Positions 28,861-39,558 of a stretch of 64,000 bases of DNA are shown here, piece after piece (the first letter of the stretch is position 1; each line of letters begins with the position of its first letter). The notes below the pieces were generated by a model that saw only the letters and a program-made list of their open reading frames with translations, was not told where the DNA came from and ran no database searches. Origin of the DNA: Candidatus Eiseniibacteriota bacterium (GTDB taxonomy: Bacteria > Eisenbacteria > RBG-16-71-46); assembly GCA_031366795.1 (NCBI GenBank), contig JANLOX010000259.1, forward strand, positions 220 through 64,219, given 5' to 3'. A program made the position numbers and the translations under genes.

Positions 28861-30290
28861 TCGGACTCGAGTGCCACCTGCAGCTCAACACCGTGAGCAA
28901 GATGTTCTGCGGTTGCCCGGTGCAATTCGGCGGCGAGCCGAACACCGCCGTGTGCCCGGTTTGCCTCGGCCTGCCGGGTGCCCTGCCGCGCGCCAACCGC
29001 GCCGCGATCGACGCGGCGATCCGCCTGGGGCTGTCGCTCGGCTGCGAGATCCGGGCGGAAAGCGTGTTCGCGCGCAAGCACTACTTCTATCCGGACATGC
29101 CGAAAAATTTCCAGATCAGCCAGTACGACCGGCCGTTGTGCGAGGGCGGTGCGTTGCCGGTAATGGTGGGAGTTGAAGCGCGCACCTTCGCGCTGACGCG
29201 CATTCATGCCGAGGAAGACACCGGCAAGTCGTTCCATCCCGAACGCGTCCACGACCGCCGGCTGTCGCGCGTGGATTTCAATCGCGCCGGCGTGCCGCTG
29301 CTCGAGCTGGTGAGCGAGCCGGTGCTGCACACGCCGGAAGAGTGCGGCGCATTCCTCACGGCATTCCGCCGCCTGGTGCGCTGGCTTGGCATCTCGGACG
29401 GCGACATGGAAAAGGGCCAGCTGCGCTGTGATGCCAATGTCAGCCTGCGACCGGTCGGATCCACGATGCTGGGCACCAAGACCGAACTGAAGAACCTGAA
29501 CTCGATCCGAGGTGTGGAGCGCGGCGTGGCCGCCGAGTGCCGGCGCCAGCAGGCGTTGCTCGAAGCCGGGGAACGCGTGACGCAGGCGACCCTGCTGTAT
29601 GATGCGGACCACGACCACCTCGCGATCATGCGGAGCAAGGAGCACGCGCACGACTACCGCTATTTCCCCGAACCAGACCTGCCGGTGCTGCGTGTGGATG
29701 CCGCCTGGCGGGCGGACGCCGCAGCCCGCACGCCCGAGCTGCCGTGGGTGCGCACCGGGCGCGTGGCGCGCGAGTTCGCGCTGCCGGAGTACGCTGCCGC
29801 CGTGCTGACCGAAACGCGCGGAGTCGCGGACTACTACGAGGCATTGGCGCGCGGAGGCGACGCGAAGCTCGCGAGTAACTGGGTGATGAACGAAGTGCTG
29901 CGGGTCCTCAATGAGCGGGAGTGGGATATTGAGCAGTGGGCCGAACGCGTCCCTGCGGCCAGGCTGAAGGAATTCCTTGAGGCCGTCGGCTCGAAGCAGT
30001 TGCCAGGGCCCCTCGCCAAGCAGGTGTTCGCGTGGCTGCCGGATGAGCCGGGCACGCTCGCTGATGTGCTGGCGCGCCACGAGGTGCGTGTGCAGTCGTC
30101 GTCCGAAGAGTTGCGGCCGCTGGTGCGGGCGGTGATCGAGGAGAACGCGGGCCCCGTCGCGCAGTACCGCGCCGGGCGTGCGGTGACGTTGGGATTTCTC
30201 GTGGGCCAGGTGATGAAGAAGAGCGGGGGGCAGGCGGTGCCGCAGCGTGTGCAGGAATTGTTGCTCGAGGAATTGCAGGGGAACGCGTGA
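28842..30290 (+). CDS. gatB: Glu-tRNA(Gln)/Asp-tRNA(Asn) amidotransferase subunit B
   Basis: [23 protein letters not shown]...RKHYFYPDMPKNFQISQYD is typical GatB. Confidence 0.9.
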   Translation: MAFEAVIGLECHLQLNTVSKMFCGCPVQFGGEPNTAVCPVCLGLPGALPRANRAAIDAAIRLGLSLGCEIRAESVFARKHYFYPDMPKNFQISQYDRPLCEGGALPVMVGVEARTFALTRIHAEEDTGKSFHPERVHDRRLSRVDFNRAGVPLLELVSEPVLHTPEECGAFLTAFRRLVRWLGISDGDMEKGQLRCDANVSLRPVGSTMLGTKTELKNLNSIRGVERGVAAECRRQQALLEAGERVTQATLLYDADHDHLAIMRSKEHAHDYRYFPEPDLPVLRVDAAWRADAAARTPELPWVRTGRVAREFALPEYAAAVLTETRGVADYYEALARGGDAKLASNWVMNEVLRVLNEREWDIEQWAERVPAARLKEFLEAVGSKQLPGPLAKQVFAWLPDEPGTLADVLARHEVRVQSSSEELRPLVRAVIEENAGPVAQYRAGRAVTLGFLVGQVMKKSGGQAVPQRVQELLLEELQGNA

Positions 30291-31594
30291 GTGAAGCTCC
30301 GTTGAACGACCCGCGTTGCATCGTCGTCGTGGGTTCGGGCGGGCGCGAGCACGCGCTGGCCCGCCGGCTCGCCGCGGACCCGGAGCCCGCCCGCGTGGTG
30401 GTGCTTCCGGGCAACGATGGCATCGCTCAATCGTTCGAGTGCGTGGGCCTCGCCGACCACGAGATCGGGACGATCGTCGAAGCATGTGTCGCCCTGAGTC
30501 CTGACCTGGTGGTCATTGGCCCTGAGTCGTTGCTGGCGGATGGGCTCGCAGACCAGCTGGGTGAACGCGGCATCGTCGTGTTGGGCCCAAGTGCGCAAGC
30601 CGCGCGGCTTGAGTCGAGCAAGTGGTTCGCCAAGGAGATCATGCGTGAGGCGGCTGTGCCGACGGCCGAGGCGCGCGTGTTCGAGGATGTGGACGCGGTC
30701 ATCGCCGCACTCGATACGTTTGGTCCCCCGTGGGTGCTCAAGGCCGATGGGCTGGCCGGGGGCAAGGGCGTGCGGGTAACTAAGGAGCGCCCTGCCGCGA
30801 TCCGCTTCGCGCGCGAGGTGTTGAGCGGAACGCGCTTCGCAGGGGCAGGGCGCAGGCTTGTGCTCGAGCGCTTCCTTGAAGGCGAGGAGGTGTCGGTGAT
30901 GGCGGTGTGCGATGGGACGCGCGCGGTGTTGCTGCCGGCGGCGCGGGACTTCAAGCGTGCCTACGATGGCGACACGGGAAACAACACCGGCGGCATGGGT
31001 GCGATCGCGCCGGTACCGGGTTGGGGCGCCGCGGGGGATGCGCTGGTGCTTGAGCGTGTCGTTGAGCCCGTGCTGGCCGCACTCGCGCGCCGTGGCATCG
31101 CCTTCCGCGGCGTGCTGTATTGCGGATTGATGCTCACGTCACACGGCCCGATGGTGCTCGAGTTCAACGTGCGCTTCGGTGATCCGGAAACGCAAGTGAT
31201 CCTGCCGCGCTTAGGCGCCTCCTTGTACGATCTGCTTCATGCGGCGGCGGTGGGCGAGCTGAGCGGCCAGACGGCCGTCATGCGCCCGGGTGCCACCGTG
31301 GCGGTCGCCATCGTGGACACGCGCTACCCGGCGCCGCACTCGGGTGAGGGACTGCTGGCGGGGACCGCCGCTGTCGATACGGGCGGGGAGACGTGGATGC
31401 TTTATGGCGGTGTGAAGCGCATCGAGGGTGGCTGGCACGTGCTCGGGGGCCGGGCGGCCTACGTGTGCGCGGAGGGCGCCACACTGGACGAAGCGCGCCG
31501 GCGGGCGTATGAGGGAACGGCAAGGTTGTCGGGAACAGGCTGGCGCTACCGCACGGATGTCGGCGCGCCGCGCCCGGTTCCCTTGAATCGATAG
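30287..31594 (+). CDS. purD: Phosphoribosylamine--glycine ligase
   Basis: IVVVGSGGREHALA...VVLPGNDGIA...ATP-grasp body...VLYCGLMLTSHGPMVLEFNVRFGDPETQVILP. Confidence 0.9.
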   Translation: MSEAPLNDPRCIVVVGSGGREHALARRLAADPEPARVVVLPGNDGIAQSFECVGLADHEIGTIVEACVALSPDLVVIGPESLLADGLADQLGERGIVVLGPSAQAARLESSKWFAKEIMREAAVPTAEARVFEDVDAVIAALDTFGPPWVLKADGLAGGKGVRVTKERPAAIRFAREVLSGTRFAGAGRRLVLERFLEGEEVSVMAVCDGTRAVLLPAARDFKRAYDGDTGNNTGGMGAIAPVPGWGAAGDALVLERVVEPVLAALARRGIAFRGVLYCGLMLTSHGPMVLEFNVRFGDPETQVILPRLGASLYDLLHAAAVGELSGQTAVMRPGATVAVAIVDTRYPAPHSGEGLLAGTAAVDTGGETWMLYGGVKRIEGGWHVLGGRAAYVCAEGATLDEARRRAYEGTARLSGTGWRYRTDVGAPRPVPLNR

Positions 31595-31612
31595 CGAACG
31601 CGAGGATCTAGT

Positions 31613-32104
31613 ATGGCCGCAACGAAAGGTGCCCGCCCGCGGGTGGGGATCGTCATGGGAAGCGAGTCCGACCGCTCCATCATGGAGGAGGCCGGCAAGG
31701 TGCTGACCGATTTCGCCGTGCCGTTCGAGTTGGTGGTCTATTCGGCGCACCGCACCCCGGACGCGACGGCCCGGTGGGCGCGTGGCGCGCGCGCGCGCGG
31801 GCTCAAGGTGCTGATCGCGGGGGCAGGAGGTGCTGCGCATCTCGCCGGCGCCGTTGCCGCGCAATCGCGGCTGCCTGTGCTGGGCGTACCGCTGGCGAGT
31901 TCGCCGCTGGCCGGATTCGATGCTTTGCTGTCCACGGTCCAGATGCCTCCGGGTGTCCCTGTGGGCACGTTGTCGGTCGGGGTCTGGGGCGCCCGCAATG
32001 CGGCGTTCCTCGCCGTGCGTATACTGGCGCTGGGGGATACCCGCCTGGAACGCGCCCTCGAGGCGCGGGCGGTGGCGGCCCAGAAGCGGACGGGGAGGCG
32101 TTGA
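31613..32104 (+). CDS. purE: N5-carboxyaminoimidazole ribonucleotide mutase
   Basis: [18 protein letters not shown]...[16 protein letters not shown]...VLGVP is the PurE signature. Confidence 0.9.
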   Translation: MAATKGARPRVGIVMGSESDRSIMEEAGKVLTDFAVPFELVVYSAHRTPDATARWARGARARGLKVLIAGAGGAAHLAGAVAAQSRLPVLGVPLASSPLAGFDALLSTVQMPPGVPVGTLSVGVWGARNAAFLAVRILALGDTRLERALEARAVAAQKRTGRR

Positions 32105-32751
32105 TGCAAGTGTTGCGCGTGGATTCGGAGCACCCGGACGAGAAGGTCATGCTCGAAGCCGCGGAAGCCGTGCTGCGCGGCGGCGTGATCGCGTTCCCGA
32201 CCGACACGCTCTACGGCCTCGGGTGTTCGCTGTTCGATGTCTCGGCTGTGGAAATGGTGGCGCGCCTCAAGCGTCGCGACCGTTCGCTCGCGGTGATCTC
32301 GCTGATCAGCGATCCCCGCCAGATTCACGGGCTTGCCTCCGATGTCTCGCCGGTCGCCCAACAGCTCGTGGAACAGTTCTGGCCCGGACCGCTGTCGCTG
32401 ATCTTTCGCGCCGCGGCAATTGTTCCCGCGCGCGTGTGTGGTGTCGGCGGCACGATTGCGCTGCGCTGCCCGAACGACAAGCTGTGCCAGCGGCTGCTCG
32501 ACTTCATCGGCGGTCCGGTCGTCTCGAGCAGCGCGAACCTGTCCGGCTTGCCCCCGGCGGAGACTGCCGAGGAGGTCTTGCAGATATTTGGCAACCAGCT
32601 GGACCTGGTCATCGATGGCGGCCCCCGGCGTGGGGGGGTGCCTTCGACGCTGGTGGATGTCAGCGGCCCGCGGCCCCGGCTGTTGCGCCGGGGTGTGCTC
32701 GATGTCACCGCCGTGCTGGGGGACTTCGAGGACGCTTCCGCCAGCGGTTGA
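32104..32751 (+). CDS. tsaC: L-threonylcarbamoyladenylate synthase (YrdC/TsaC domain only)
   Basis: [16 protein letters not shown]...SANLSGLPP...[14 protein letters not shown]rdC-domain motifs. TGATG overlap with purE. Confidence 0.8.
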   Translation: MQVLRVDSEHPDEKVMLEAAEAVLRGGVIAFPTDTLYGLGCSLFDVSAVEMVARLKRRDRSLAVISLISDPRQIHGLASDVSPVAQQLVEQFWPGPLSLIFRAAAIVPARVCGVGGTIALRCPNDKLCQRLLDFIGGPVVSSSANLSGLPPAETAEEVLQIFGNQLDLVIDGGPRRGGVPSTLVDVSGPRPRLLRRGVLDVTAVLGDFEDASASG

Positions 32752-32784
32752 CGCGGCTCGCGGCGCTATCTATCCTCGCCCCGC

Positions 32785-33276
32785 ATGGCCTCTCGTGACA
32801 GCGTTTTCAACGTGCTGCTGGTGTGCACCGGCAACACCTGCAGAAGTCCCATGGCGGCCGGGGCGTTGATGTTGGAGCTGGGGGCGGACAGGGATCGCGT
32901 CGAAGTCGTTTCGGCCGGTACCGGCGCTCTCGAAGGCCAACCCGCGACGGAGTTCTCCGTCGTGGTGGCGGCACGCGAGGGAGTCGATCTTTCGGGTCAC
33001 CGCTCGCAACGGGTCACCCGAACAATGTTGCACAGGGCGGATCTCGTGCTGGGCATGGAGCCTTCTCACCGGGAGGCCGTCATCCATTTGGGTGCGCATC
33101 CCGCGCGGACGTTCGTGATCAGCGAATGGCCGGAATTGGATGCGGCGGCGTGGGTGGTGTCGGATCCGTTCGGCGGGTCGCTTGAAGCTTATGAAGAGTG
33201 CTGGCGCCGGATCCGGCGCCATGTACAACGGGTAACTCCGCGCGTGGCCGAGGCGGCGCGTTCGCGTTCTCTATAA
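32785..33276 (+). CDS. Low-molecular-weight protein-tyrosine phosphatase (or ArsC-type) family protein
   Basis: VLLVCTGNTCRSPMA matches the CX5R(S) P-loop of the LMW-PTP family. Also a DPFG/DP motif near the C-terminus. Confidence 0.8.
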   Translation: MASRDSVFNVLLVCTGNTCRSPMAAGALMLELGADRDRVEVVSAGTGALEGQPATEFSVVVAAREGVDLSGHRSQRVTRTMLHRADLVLGMEPSHREAVIHLGAHPARTFVISEWPELDAAAWVVSDPFGGSLEAYEECWRRIRRHVQRVTPRVAEAARSRSL

Positions 33277-33312
33277 CCGCGTCGTCACGACCCGGTCGAT
33301 CGAGGTAAAGCG

Positions 33313-34296
33313 ATGGCAATCGCAAAGACCGAAAAAATCTGGATGAACGGGCGGTGGGTGGCGTGGGACGACGCGAAGGTCCACATCATGACCCACGCGA
33401 TGCACTATGCTTCGGCGGTGTTCGAAGGCATTCGCGCCTATGAAACGCCGGCGGGACCGGCGGTCTTCCGACTGGGCGAGCACATCGAGCGCCTGATGTT
33501 CTCGGCGCGCGTCTACCGGATGGAAGTCCCCTACACCGCGAAGCAGCTCGAACAGGTCTGCTGCGAGACGGTCGCCACGAACCGGCTGGGGGACTGCTAC
33601 ATCCGCCCGCTGATCTATCGCGGCTACGAGAACATCGGCGTCAACCCGTTCGGCAACCCGATCGACGTGGCGATCGCCGCCTACCCGTGGGGGCAGTATC
33701 TTGGCGCGGATGCGCTGACCAAGGGCGTGGCGGTCAAGATCAGCACCTGGCAGCGCCCGGCCCCGAATACGCTGCCCGTCATGGCCAAGGCGTCGGCGAA
33801 CTACATGAATTCGCAGCTCGCCAAGATGGAAGCCATCGTCGACGGTTATGCCGAGGCGATCTCACTGGATTCGAACGGCTTCGTCAGCGAAGGCAGCGGC
33901 CAGAACGTGTTCACGGTGATGAAGGGCGAGATCGTGACCCCGCAGCTGAACAACAGCATCCTCGCCGGCATCACGCGCTCCACGGTGATTACCCTGGCGC
34001 AAGATCTCGGCATTCCGGTGCGTGAGGCGACGCTACCGCGCGAGGCGCTGTACGCGGCTGACGAAATGTTCTTCAGCGGCACTGCCGTCGAGATTTCGCC
34101 CATCGGCTCGATCGATCGCATGAACATCGGCGATGGGATCAGGGGCCCGGTGACGCAGCGGATCCAGGAAGCGTTCTTCGAAGCGGTGCGCGGTAAGAAC
34201 CCGAAGCATCACGATTGGTTGACGGCAGTCGGCAGTGCTGCCGGCGCCCCCGTTGCGGCGGCCGCGGCCGTCGCGGCATCGGCGCGACCGGTCTAG
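33313..34296 (+). CDS. ilvE: Branched-chain amino acid aminotransferase
   Basis: IWMNGRWV.WDDAKVHIMTHAMHYASAVFEGIRAY...ILAGITR... is the class IV aminotransferase (IlvE) pattern. Confidence 0.85.
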   Translation: MAIAKTEKIWMNGRWVAWDDAKVHIMTHAMHYASAVFEGIRAYETPAGPAVFRLGEHIERLMFSARVYRMEVPYTAKQLEQVCCETVATNRLGDCYIRPLIYRGYENIGVNPFGNPIDVAIAAYPWGQYLGADALTKGVAVKISTWQRPAPNTLPVMAKASANYMNSQLAKMEAIVDGYAEAISLDSNGFVSEGSGQNVFTVMKGEIVTPQLNNSILAGITRSTVITLAQDLGIPVREATLPREALYAADEMFFSGTAVEISPIGSIDRMNIGDGIRGPVTQRIQEAFFEAVRGKNPKHHDWLTAVGSAAGAPVAAAAAVAASARPV

Positions 34297-34306
34297 GGCT
34301 TAAGCC

Positions 34307-34777
34307 ATGCGGGTGGCGATCGGCACTGATCACGCGGGCTTCGAACTCAAGGAGCGGCTCAAGGCGGCGCTCACCGAATGGGGTCACACGGTGGAGGACC
34401 ACGGCACTTTCTCGACGGAGACCGTGGACTACCCGGATTTCTGCTTCCCCGCGGCCGAAAGCGTGGCGCGCGGCACGGCCGATCGCGGCATCGTGCTCGG
34501 TGGGAGCGGGATCGGTGAATCGATCGTGGCCAACAAGGTAGCGGGCGTGCGCGCGGCGCTGGTGACGAGCAATGAGACGGCGCGACTCACGCGGTTGCAC
34601 AACGACTCGAACGTGATCGCGCTGGGCGGGCGCACGAACCCGGACCATGAGCAGGTGGTTCAGTGGCTTAAAGTGTGGCTCGAGACGCCATTCGAAGGCG
34701 GGCGGCACATCGCGCGCCTCGCCAAGATCACGGCCTACGAAGCGGTGCACGGTCGCGTGCGGGATTCGCGTGTCTGA
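34307..34777 (+). CDS. rpiB: Ribose-5-phosphate isomerase B
   Basis: [16 protein letters not shown]...[24 protein letters not shown] is the RpiB/LacAB signature. Confidence 0.85.
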   Translation: MRVAIGTDHAGFELKERLKAALTEWGHTVEDHGTFSTETVDYPDFCFPAAESVARGTADRGIVLGGSGIGESIVANKVAGVRAALVTSNETARLTRLHNDSNVIALGGRTNPDHEQVVQWLKVWLETPFEGGRHIARLAKITAYEAVHGRVRDSRV

Positions 34778-36023
34778 GCTGAGCGAGCGCGACCCCGCGC
34801 TTTATGCCGCCCTGGTGGGCGAAGCCGAACGCCAGCGCGGCCACCTCGAGTTGATCGCCTCGGAGAACTTCGTCAGCGCCGCGGTGCTGGAAGCCACAGG
34901 CTCGGTGATGACGAACAAGTACGCCGAAGGGCTGCCGGGCAAGCGCTACTACAGCGGTTGCGAATTCGTGGATGTCGCCGAGCGGCTGGCCATCGAGCGC
35001 TCGCGGCAGTTGTTCGGCGCCGACCACGCCAACGTTCAACCGCACTCGGGCGCCTCCGCGAACCTCGGCGCCTATCTCGCGATCTCGAAGCCGGGGGACA
35101 CCCTGCTCGGCATGAACCTCGCGCATGGTGGCCACCTCACGCATGGCCATCCGGTGTCAGTGAGCGGTCAGTTGTGGAAGGCGTTCCAGTATGGGGTGCG
35201 CCCCGAGGACGGACGCATCGACTACGACCAGGTCGCGGCACTGGCGCGCGAGCATCACCCGCGCATTATCATCGCGGGGGCGAGCGCCTACTCGCGAGTA
35301 ATCGATTTCGAACGCTTCGGCGACATCGCCCGCGAAACCGGCGCCTCATTGCTCGTCGACATGGCGCACATCGCAGGACTCGTCGCCGCTGGATTGCACC
35401 CGAGCCCGGTGCCCCATGCCGACGTCGTCACCACCACCACGCACAAGACCCTGCGGGGCCCGCGCGGCGGCATGGTGCTGTGCCGCGCCGCCGAGGCTGA
35501 AAGAATCGACAAGTCGATGTTCCCCGGACTCCAGGGCGGCCCCCTGATGCACGTGATCGCCGCCAAGGCCGTGTGCTTCGGCGAGGCGCTCCGCCCCGAG
35601 TTCCGCGACTACCAGCAACGCATCGTCGACAACGCGCGCGCCCTCGCCGCCGCCCTCACCGGCCACGGCTTCGACTTAGTCTCCGGCGGCACCGACAATC
35701 ACATGATGCTGCTCGACCTGCAGAAGCGCGCCCTCACCGGCAAAGTAGCCGAGCAGGCCCTCCAACGCGCCCGCATCACTGTCAACAAAAACGCCGTCCC
35801 CAACGACCCCCAAAAACCATGGGTCACAAGTGGCATCCGATTGGGCACGCCCGCCCTCACAACGAGGGGTTTCACCACGAAGGAGATGGCGCTCATAGCG
35901 GGCTGGATCGCAAGGATTCTGGACTCTCCAGAGGACCAAGTCATTGCCGCCAAGGTCGCCGAAGAGGTCCAAGATCTAGCCATGGCCTTCCCGCTCTTCG
36001 CGTGGGCGCCAGTCCGTACCTAG
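34770..36023 (+). CDS. glyA: Serine hydroxymethyltransferase
   Basis: [40 protein letters not shown]...[17 protein letters not shown] 34770 overlaps the rpiB stop. Confidence 0.9.
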   Translation: MSELSERDPALYAALVGEAERQRGHLELIASENFVSAAVLEATGSVMTNKYAEGLPGKRYYSGCEFVDVAERLAIERSRQLFGADHANVQPHSGASANLGAYLAISKPGDTLLGMNLAHGGHLTHGHPVSVSGQLWKAFQYGVRPEDGRIDYDQVAALAREHHPRIIIAGASAYSRVIDFERFGDIARETGASLLVDMAHIAGLVAAGLHPSPVPHADVVTTTTHKTLRGPRGGMVLCRAAEAERIDKSMFPGLQGGPLMHVIAAKAVCFGEALRPEFRDYQQRIVDNARALAAALTGHGFDLVSGGTDNHMMLLDLQKRALTGKVAEQALQRARITVNKNAVPNDPQKPWVTSGIRLGTPALTTRGFTTKEMALIAGWIARILDSPEDQVIAAKVAEEVQDLAMAFPLFAWAPVRT

Positions 36024-36073
36024 AAGGTTGCTCAAAACGCCCGCGTGCAAGGCGGCTGCGGCGCGACGAGTGA

Positions 36074-36092
36074 GACGTATCGCAGATACGTC
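36074..36092 (+). terminator. Perfect 8-bp hairpin (GACGTATC-GCA-GATACGTC) about 50 nt after the glyA stop
   Basis: Perfect inverted repeat 36074-36081 / 36085-36092. No U-tract follows. Could be a terminator, an RNA processing site or part of the mgtE leader. Confidence 0.2.
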
Positions 36093-36280
36093 GCAACGAG
36101 GAGCACCGCAGCCAACGCAGCAATCGGGTGTTTTCAGCGACCTCAGCTTCCCCGCCGCCGCAGCCATCCGGAGTTGCGCCGCGCCTGACCCCCCAACGCT
36201 TGCCATCCAGCGCCACGCGGGTTACTTCTAGCCCAACCAGCTTAGGCCCACGACTTCCGTAGAAGTAGAAGAGGAAAGCC

Positions 36281-37615
36281 ATGACGGCTCGCACCACCCC
36301 CGATCGGGACGATCGCCTCACCGCGGAAGAGCTACGCATAGCGTGGCCGCTGCTGGCGGCGGAGGAGCGTGCAGCCAGCTTGCAGACCACTCCCCGCGAC
36401 GAGGCGGAGGACGTGTTTCTCGCGGTGCCCGCCTCCGACCAGGCGGGGATCATTCTCGAGTTACCGCTCGAGGAGCGCCGGTCGTGGATGCGCCTGCTGC
36501 CCCCCGATGACGCGGCGGACGTGATCCAGGAGGCGCCGGGGGAGGAACGCGACGGTCTGCTGACACTGCTCGATGACCAGACGCGGCGGGAAGTGACCGC
36601 CCTGCTCGCCTACGCCGAGGATCGCGCCGGCGGCCTGATGAACCCGCGTTACGCGCGCCTGCGGCCCGACATCACGGTGGATGAGGCAATCAGTTACCTG
36701 CGGCGCCAGGCGCGCGATGTGCTCGAATCGATCTACTACGCCTACGCCATCGACGACGACCAGGTGCTTAAAGGTGTGGTGTCGTTCCGCGAGTTGTTCG
36801 CTGCGGACCCCGTGCTACGGGTGCGCGATGTCATGCAGACCGACATGATCGTCGCGCGTGAGGACCAGGACCAGGAAGTGCTGAGCCGGCTGTTCGACGA
36901 GCACAAGTTGATCGCGATTCCGGTCGTGGATGCCGGTGGGCGCATGAAGGGCATCGTCACGGTCGACGACATCGTCGATGTGGTGCGCGAGGAAACCACC
37001 GAGGACATCCAGAAGATCGGTGGTACCGAGGCGCTCGATGCGCCTTACCTTTCCATCGGGCTTCCCGCCATGATCCGCAAGCGCGTCGGCTGGCTGGCCG
37101 CGCTATTCATCAGCGAGATGCTGACCACCACCGCGATGAGCCGGTTCGAGTCGGAGATCTCGCGCGCTGTGGTGCTCGCGGTGTTCGTGCCGCTGATCAT
37201 TTCAGGCGGAGGTAATTCCGGCTCCCAGGCGTCCACGCTGGTGATCCGCGCCATGGTGCTCGGCGAGGTGCGCCTGCGCGACTGGTGGCTGGTGATCCGG
37301 CGCGAGATGATCACCGGGTTGTCCATGGGATTGATCCTCGGCGCCATCGCCTTCAGCCGCGTTGAGTTGTGGCAGGTGCTGTTTCATTCCTATGGAGTGC
37401 ACCACCTGCTGGTCGCCTCCACGATCGCGGGCAGCGTGATCGGCGTCGTGACCTGGGGGAGCCTTTCGGGGTCGATGTTGCCGTTCCTGCTGCGGCGGTT
37501 CGGCCTCGATCCGGCAACCGCTTCCGCGCCGTTCGTCGCCACGCTGGTGGACGTGACCGGTATCGTCATTTATTTCACGGTGGCAAGTGTCATCCTGCGC
37601 GGAACGCTGCTATAG
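36281..37615 (+). CDS. mgtE: Magnesium transporter MgtE (N-domain, CBS pair and TM domain)
   Basis: CBS region (...VMQTDMIVAREDQDQEVLSRLFDEHKLIAIPVVD..) and a C-terminal TM domain with LIISGGGNSGSQASTLVIRA, typical of MgtE. ATG is preceded by GAGGAAAG. Confidence 0.9.
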   Translation: MTARTTPDRDDRLTAEELRIAWPLLAAEERAASLQTTPRDEAEDVFLAVPASDQAGIILELPLEERRSWMRLLPPDDAADVIQEAPGEERDGLLTLLDDQTRREVTALLAYAEDRAGGLMNPRYARLRPDITVDEAISYLRRQARDVLESIYYAYAIDDDQVLKGVVSFRELFAADPVLRVRDVMQTDMIVAREDQDQEVLSRLFDEHKLIAIPVVDAGGRMKGIVTVDDIVDVVREETTEDIQKIGGTEALDAPYLSIGLPAMIRKRVGWLAALFISEMLTTTAMSRFESEISRAVVLAVFVPLIISGGGNSGSQASTLVIRAMVLGEVRLRDWWLVIRREMITGLSMGLILGAIAFSRVELWQVLFHSYGVHHLLVASTIAGSVIGVVTWGSLSGSMLPFLLRRFGLDPATASAPFVATLVDVTGIVIYFTVASVILRGTLL

Positions 37616-37676
37616 CGCGGTCCGTCCTGCCGCGGTCTGCTGAAGGACCGCCGGCTTCACGAGGGAAGGAGAGATC

Positions 37677-38663
37677 ATGACAGTAGACACACGCTCCGCG
37701 GCGCTGCGGATCGAACGCGCCGGTGCCACGCTGTCGCGGGTGCGCACCGAGGTCGGTCGCGCGGTGGTGGGCCAGCAGGCGATGATCGACCGGCTGCTCG
37801 TCGGCTTGCTCACGGGTGGCCACGTACTGCTCGAGGGCGTTCCCGGCCTGGCCAAGACGCTCGCGGTCAAGAGCCTGTCCGACTCGTTGTCGCTCAAGTT
37901 CCGCCGCATCCAGTTCACGCCGGACCTGCTGCCCGCCGATTTGACCGGCACCATGATCTACAACCCGCGCGAGGGCACGTTCAGCGCCAAGCGCGGTCCG
38001 GTGTTCTCGAACCTTGTGCTGGCCGATGAGATCAATCGCGCCCCGGCCAAAGTGCAGTCGGCGTTGCTCGAAGCGATGCAGGAGAAGCAGGTCACTTTGG
38101 GTGATGAGAGCCACAAACTCGAGGAGCCGTTCCTCGTGCTCGCCACCCAGAACCCGATCGAGCAGGAAGGCACGTATCCGCTACCGGAAGCGCAGAGCGA
38201 CCGCTTCATGCTCAAGGTGAAGGTTGGCTACCCCGAGAAGGCCGAGGAGAAGGAGATCCTGCGTCGCGCGGGGTTGGCGACGCTGCCTTCATTGACGCCG
38301 CAGGCCACGAAGGAAGACGTGATGGAAGCGCGCGCCGCGCTCGGCGACATCTACGTGGACGAGAAAATCCAGGACTACGTGATCGACCTCGTCTCGGCGA
38401 CGCGTGACCCGAAGGCCTATGGTCTTCAGCTCGAGTCGCTGATCACGTTCGGGGCGAGCCCGCGGGCGACGCTGTTCCTGGTGCGCGGCGCCCAGGCCAT
38501 CGCCCTGATGGATGGGCGCGCCTATGTCGTGCCCGAGGATGTGCACCGCATCGCGCTCGACGTACTGCGTCATCGCATCCACGTGTCGTATGAAGCCGAA
38601 GCGGAAGGCATCGACGGCGAGGAGATCGCGCGCCGGCTGCTCGAGCAGGTGCGCGTTCCCTGA
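37677..38663 (+). CDS. moxR: MoxR-family AAA+ ATPase
   Basis: GHVLLEGVPGLAKT (Walker A), ...VLADEINRAPAKVQSALLEAMQE... typical MoxR. Confidence 0.85.
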   Translation: MTVDTRSAALRIERAGATLSRVRTEVGRAVVGQQAMIDRLLVGLLTGGHVLLEGVPGLAKTLAVKSLSDSLSLKFRRIQFTPDLLPADLTGTMIYNPREGTFSAKRGPVFSNLVLADEINRAPAKVQSALLEAMQEKQVTLGDESHKLEEPFLVLATQNPIEQEGTYPLPEAQSDRFMLKVKVGYPEKAEEKEILRRAGLATLPSLTPQATKEDVMEARAALGDIYVDEKIQDYVIDLVSATRDPKAYGLQLESLITFGASPRATLFLVRGAQAIALMDGRAYVVPEDVHRIALDVLRHRIHVSYEAEAEGIDGEEIARRLLEQVRVP

Positions 38664-39544
38664 TGCAGACGACGGACCTGCTGGGAAAGGTACGGCGGCT
38701 CGAGATCCGCAGCCGGCACCTCGTCGAAGACCTGTTCGCGGGTCGTTCGTCGAGCGTGTTCAAGGGCCGCGGCGTCGAGTTCGAGGAAGTGCGCCCGTAT
38801 GTCCCCGGTGACGAGGTGCGCGACATCGACTGGAACGTCACCGCACGCCTGGGTGAACCCTATATCAAGCGGTTCGTCGAGGAGCGCGAGCTCACGGTGA
38901 CGCTGGTGGTCGACGTGTCGCGTTCCATGCGCTTCGGCACCGCCGGCTCCGAGAAGCGCGAGCTCGCAGCGGAATTGGTCGCGGTGCTGGGTTTCGCGGC
39001 CATCAGCAACAATGACCGCGTGGGGCTGGTGCTCGCCAGCGATCGCATAGAGCATTACGTGCCACCCGCGCGCGGGCGGACGCACCTGCTGCGCATGCTG
39101 CGTGACGTGCTGGGGACGCAGCCGGAGGGCCGCGCCACGCGACTGGGCGAGGCCGCGCATTTCCTGGCGCGGGTGGCCAAGCGTCGCAGCCTCGTGTTCT
39201 GGATCTCGGATTTCGAAGCCGATGTCGACTCGCGCGACTGGCGCACGCTGGGCAAGCGTCATGAACTCACCGCACTGCTGTTGCGCGACCCGCGCGATGA
39301 AACGCTGCCCGCGGCGGGATGGGTCGAACTGGAAGATCTCGAGAGTGGCTCGCGGCGCCTCGTCAACACGTCCAACCGTTCGGTGCGTGAATCCTACGCG
39401 CGCGAAAGCGCGGAACGCCGAGCCAGACTCGCGGCGTCCCTGCGTGAGGCGCGTTGCCCTGTGCTGGAGATCCGTACCGACCGTTCCTACTTGCCCGTGC
39501 TGATCCAGTACTTTTCGGCGCGCGGCAGGCGCGGGGTCGCGTGA
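38663..39544 (+). CDS. DUF58 domain protein (MoxR-associated vWA-like partner)
   Basis: F.G.G.EF.EVR.Y.PGD..R.IDWNVTAR...YIKRF.EERELTV.LVVD.S.SM is the DUF58 pattern. TGATG overlap with moxR. Confidence 0.8.
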   Translation: MQTTDLLGKVRRLEIRSRHLVEDLFAGRSSSVFKGRGVEFEEVRPYVPGDEVRDIDWNVTARLGEPYIKRFVEERELTVTLVVDVSRSMRFGTAGSEKRELAAELVAVLGFAAISNNDRVGLVLASDRIEHYVPPARGRTHLLRMLRDVLGTQPEGRATRLGEAAHFLARVAKRRSLVFWISDFEADVDSRDWRTLGKRHELTALLLRDPRDETLPAAGWVELEDLESGSRRLVNTSNRSVRESYARESAERRARLAASLREARCPVLEIRTDRSYLPVLIQYFSARGRRGVA

Positions 39545-39558
39545 CTCGAGTAGTCCGC

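Noticed and set aside
28491-30485. 664-aa minus-strand ORF
   Set aside because: Antisense shadow of gatA/gatB. No recognisable domains.
31774-32798. Two long alternative-frame ORFs (31774-32751 and 31830-32798) overlapping purE/tsaC
   Set aside because: Their upstream parts are Arg-rich, out of frame with respect to purE. tsaC is explained by the in-frame ATG 32104; the other is a pure overlap artefact.
36024-36280. M-box (ykoK) Mg2+ riboswitch upstream of mgtE
   Set aside because: Expected from context, but I could not find the conserved M-box core. Reported only as an unclassified structured leader.
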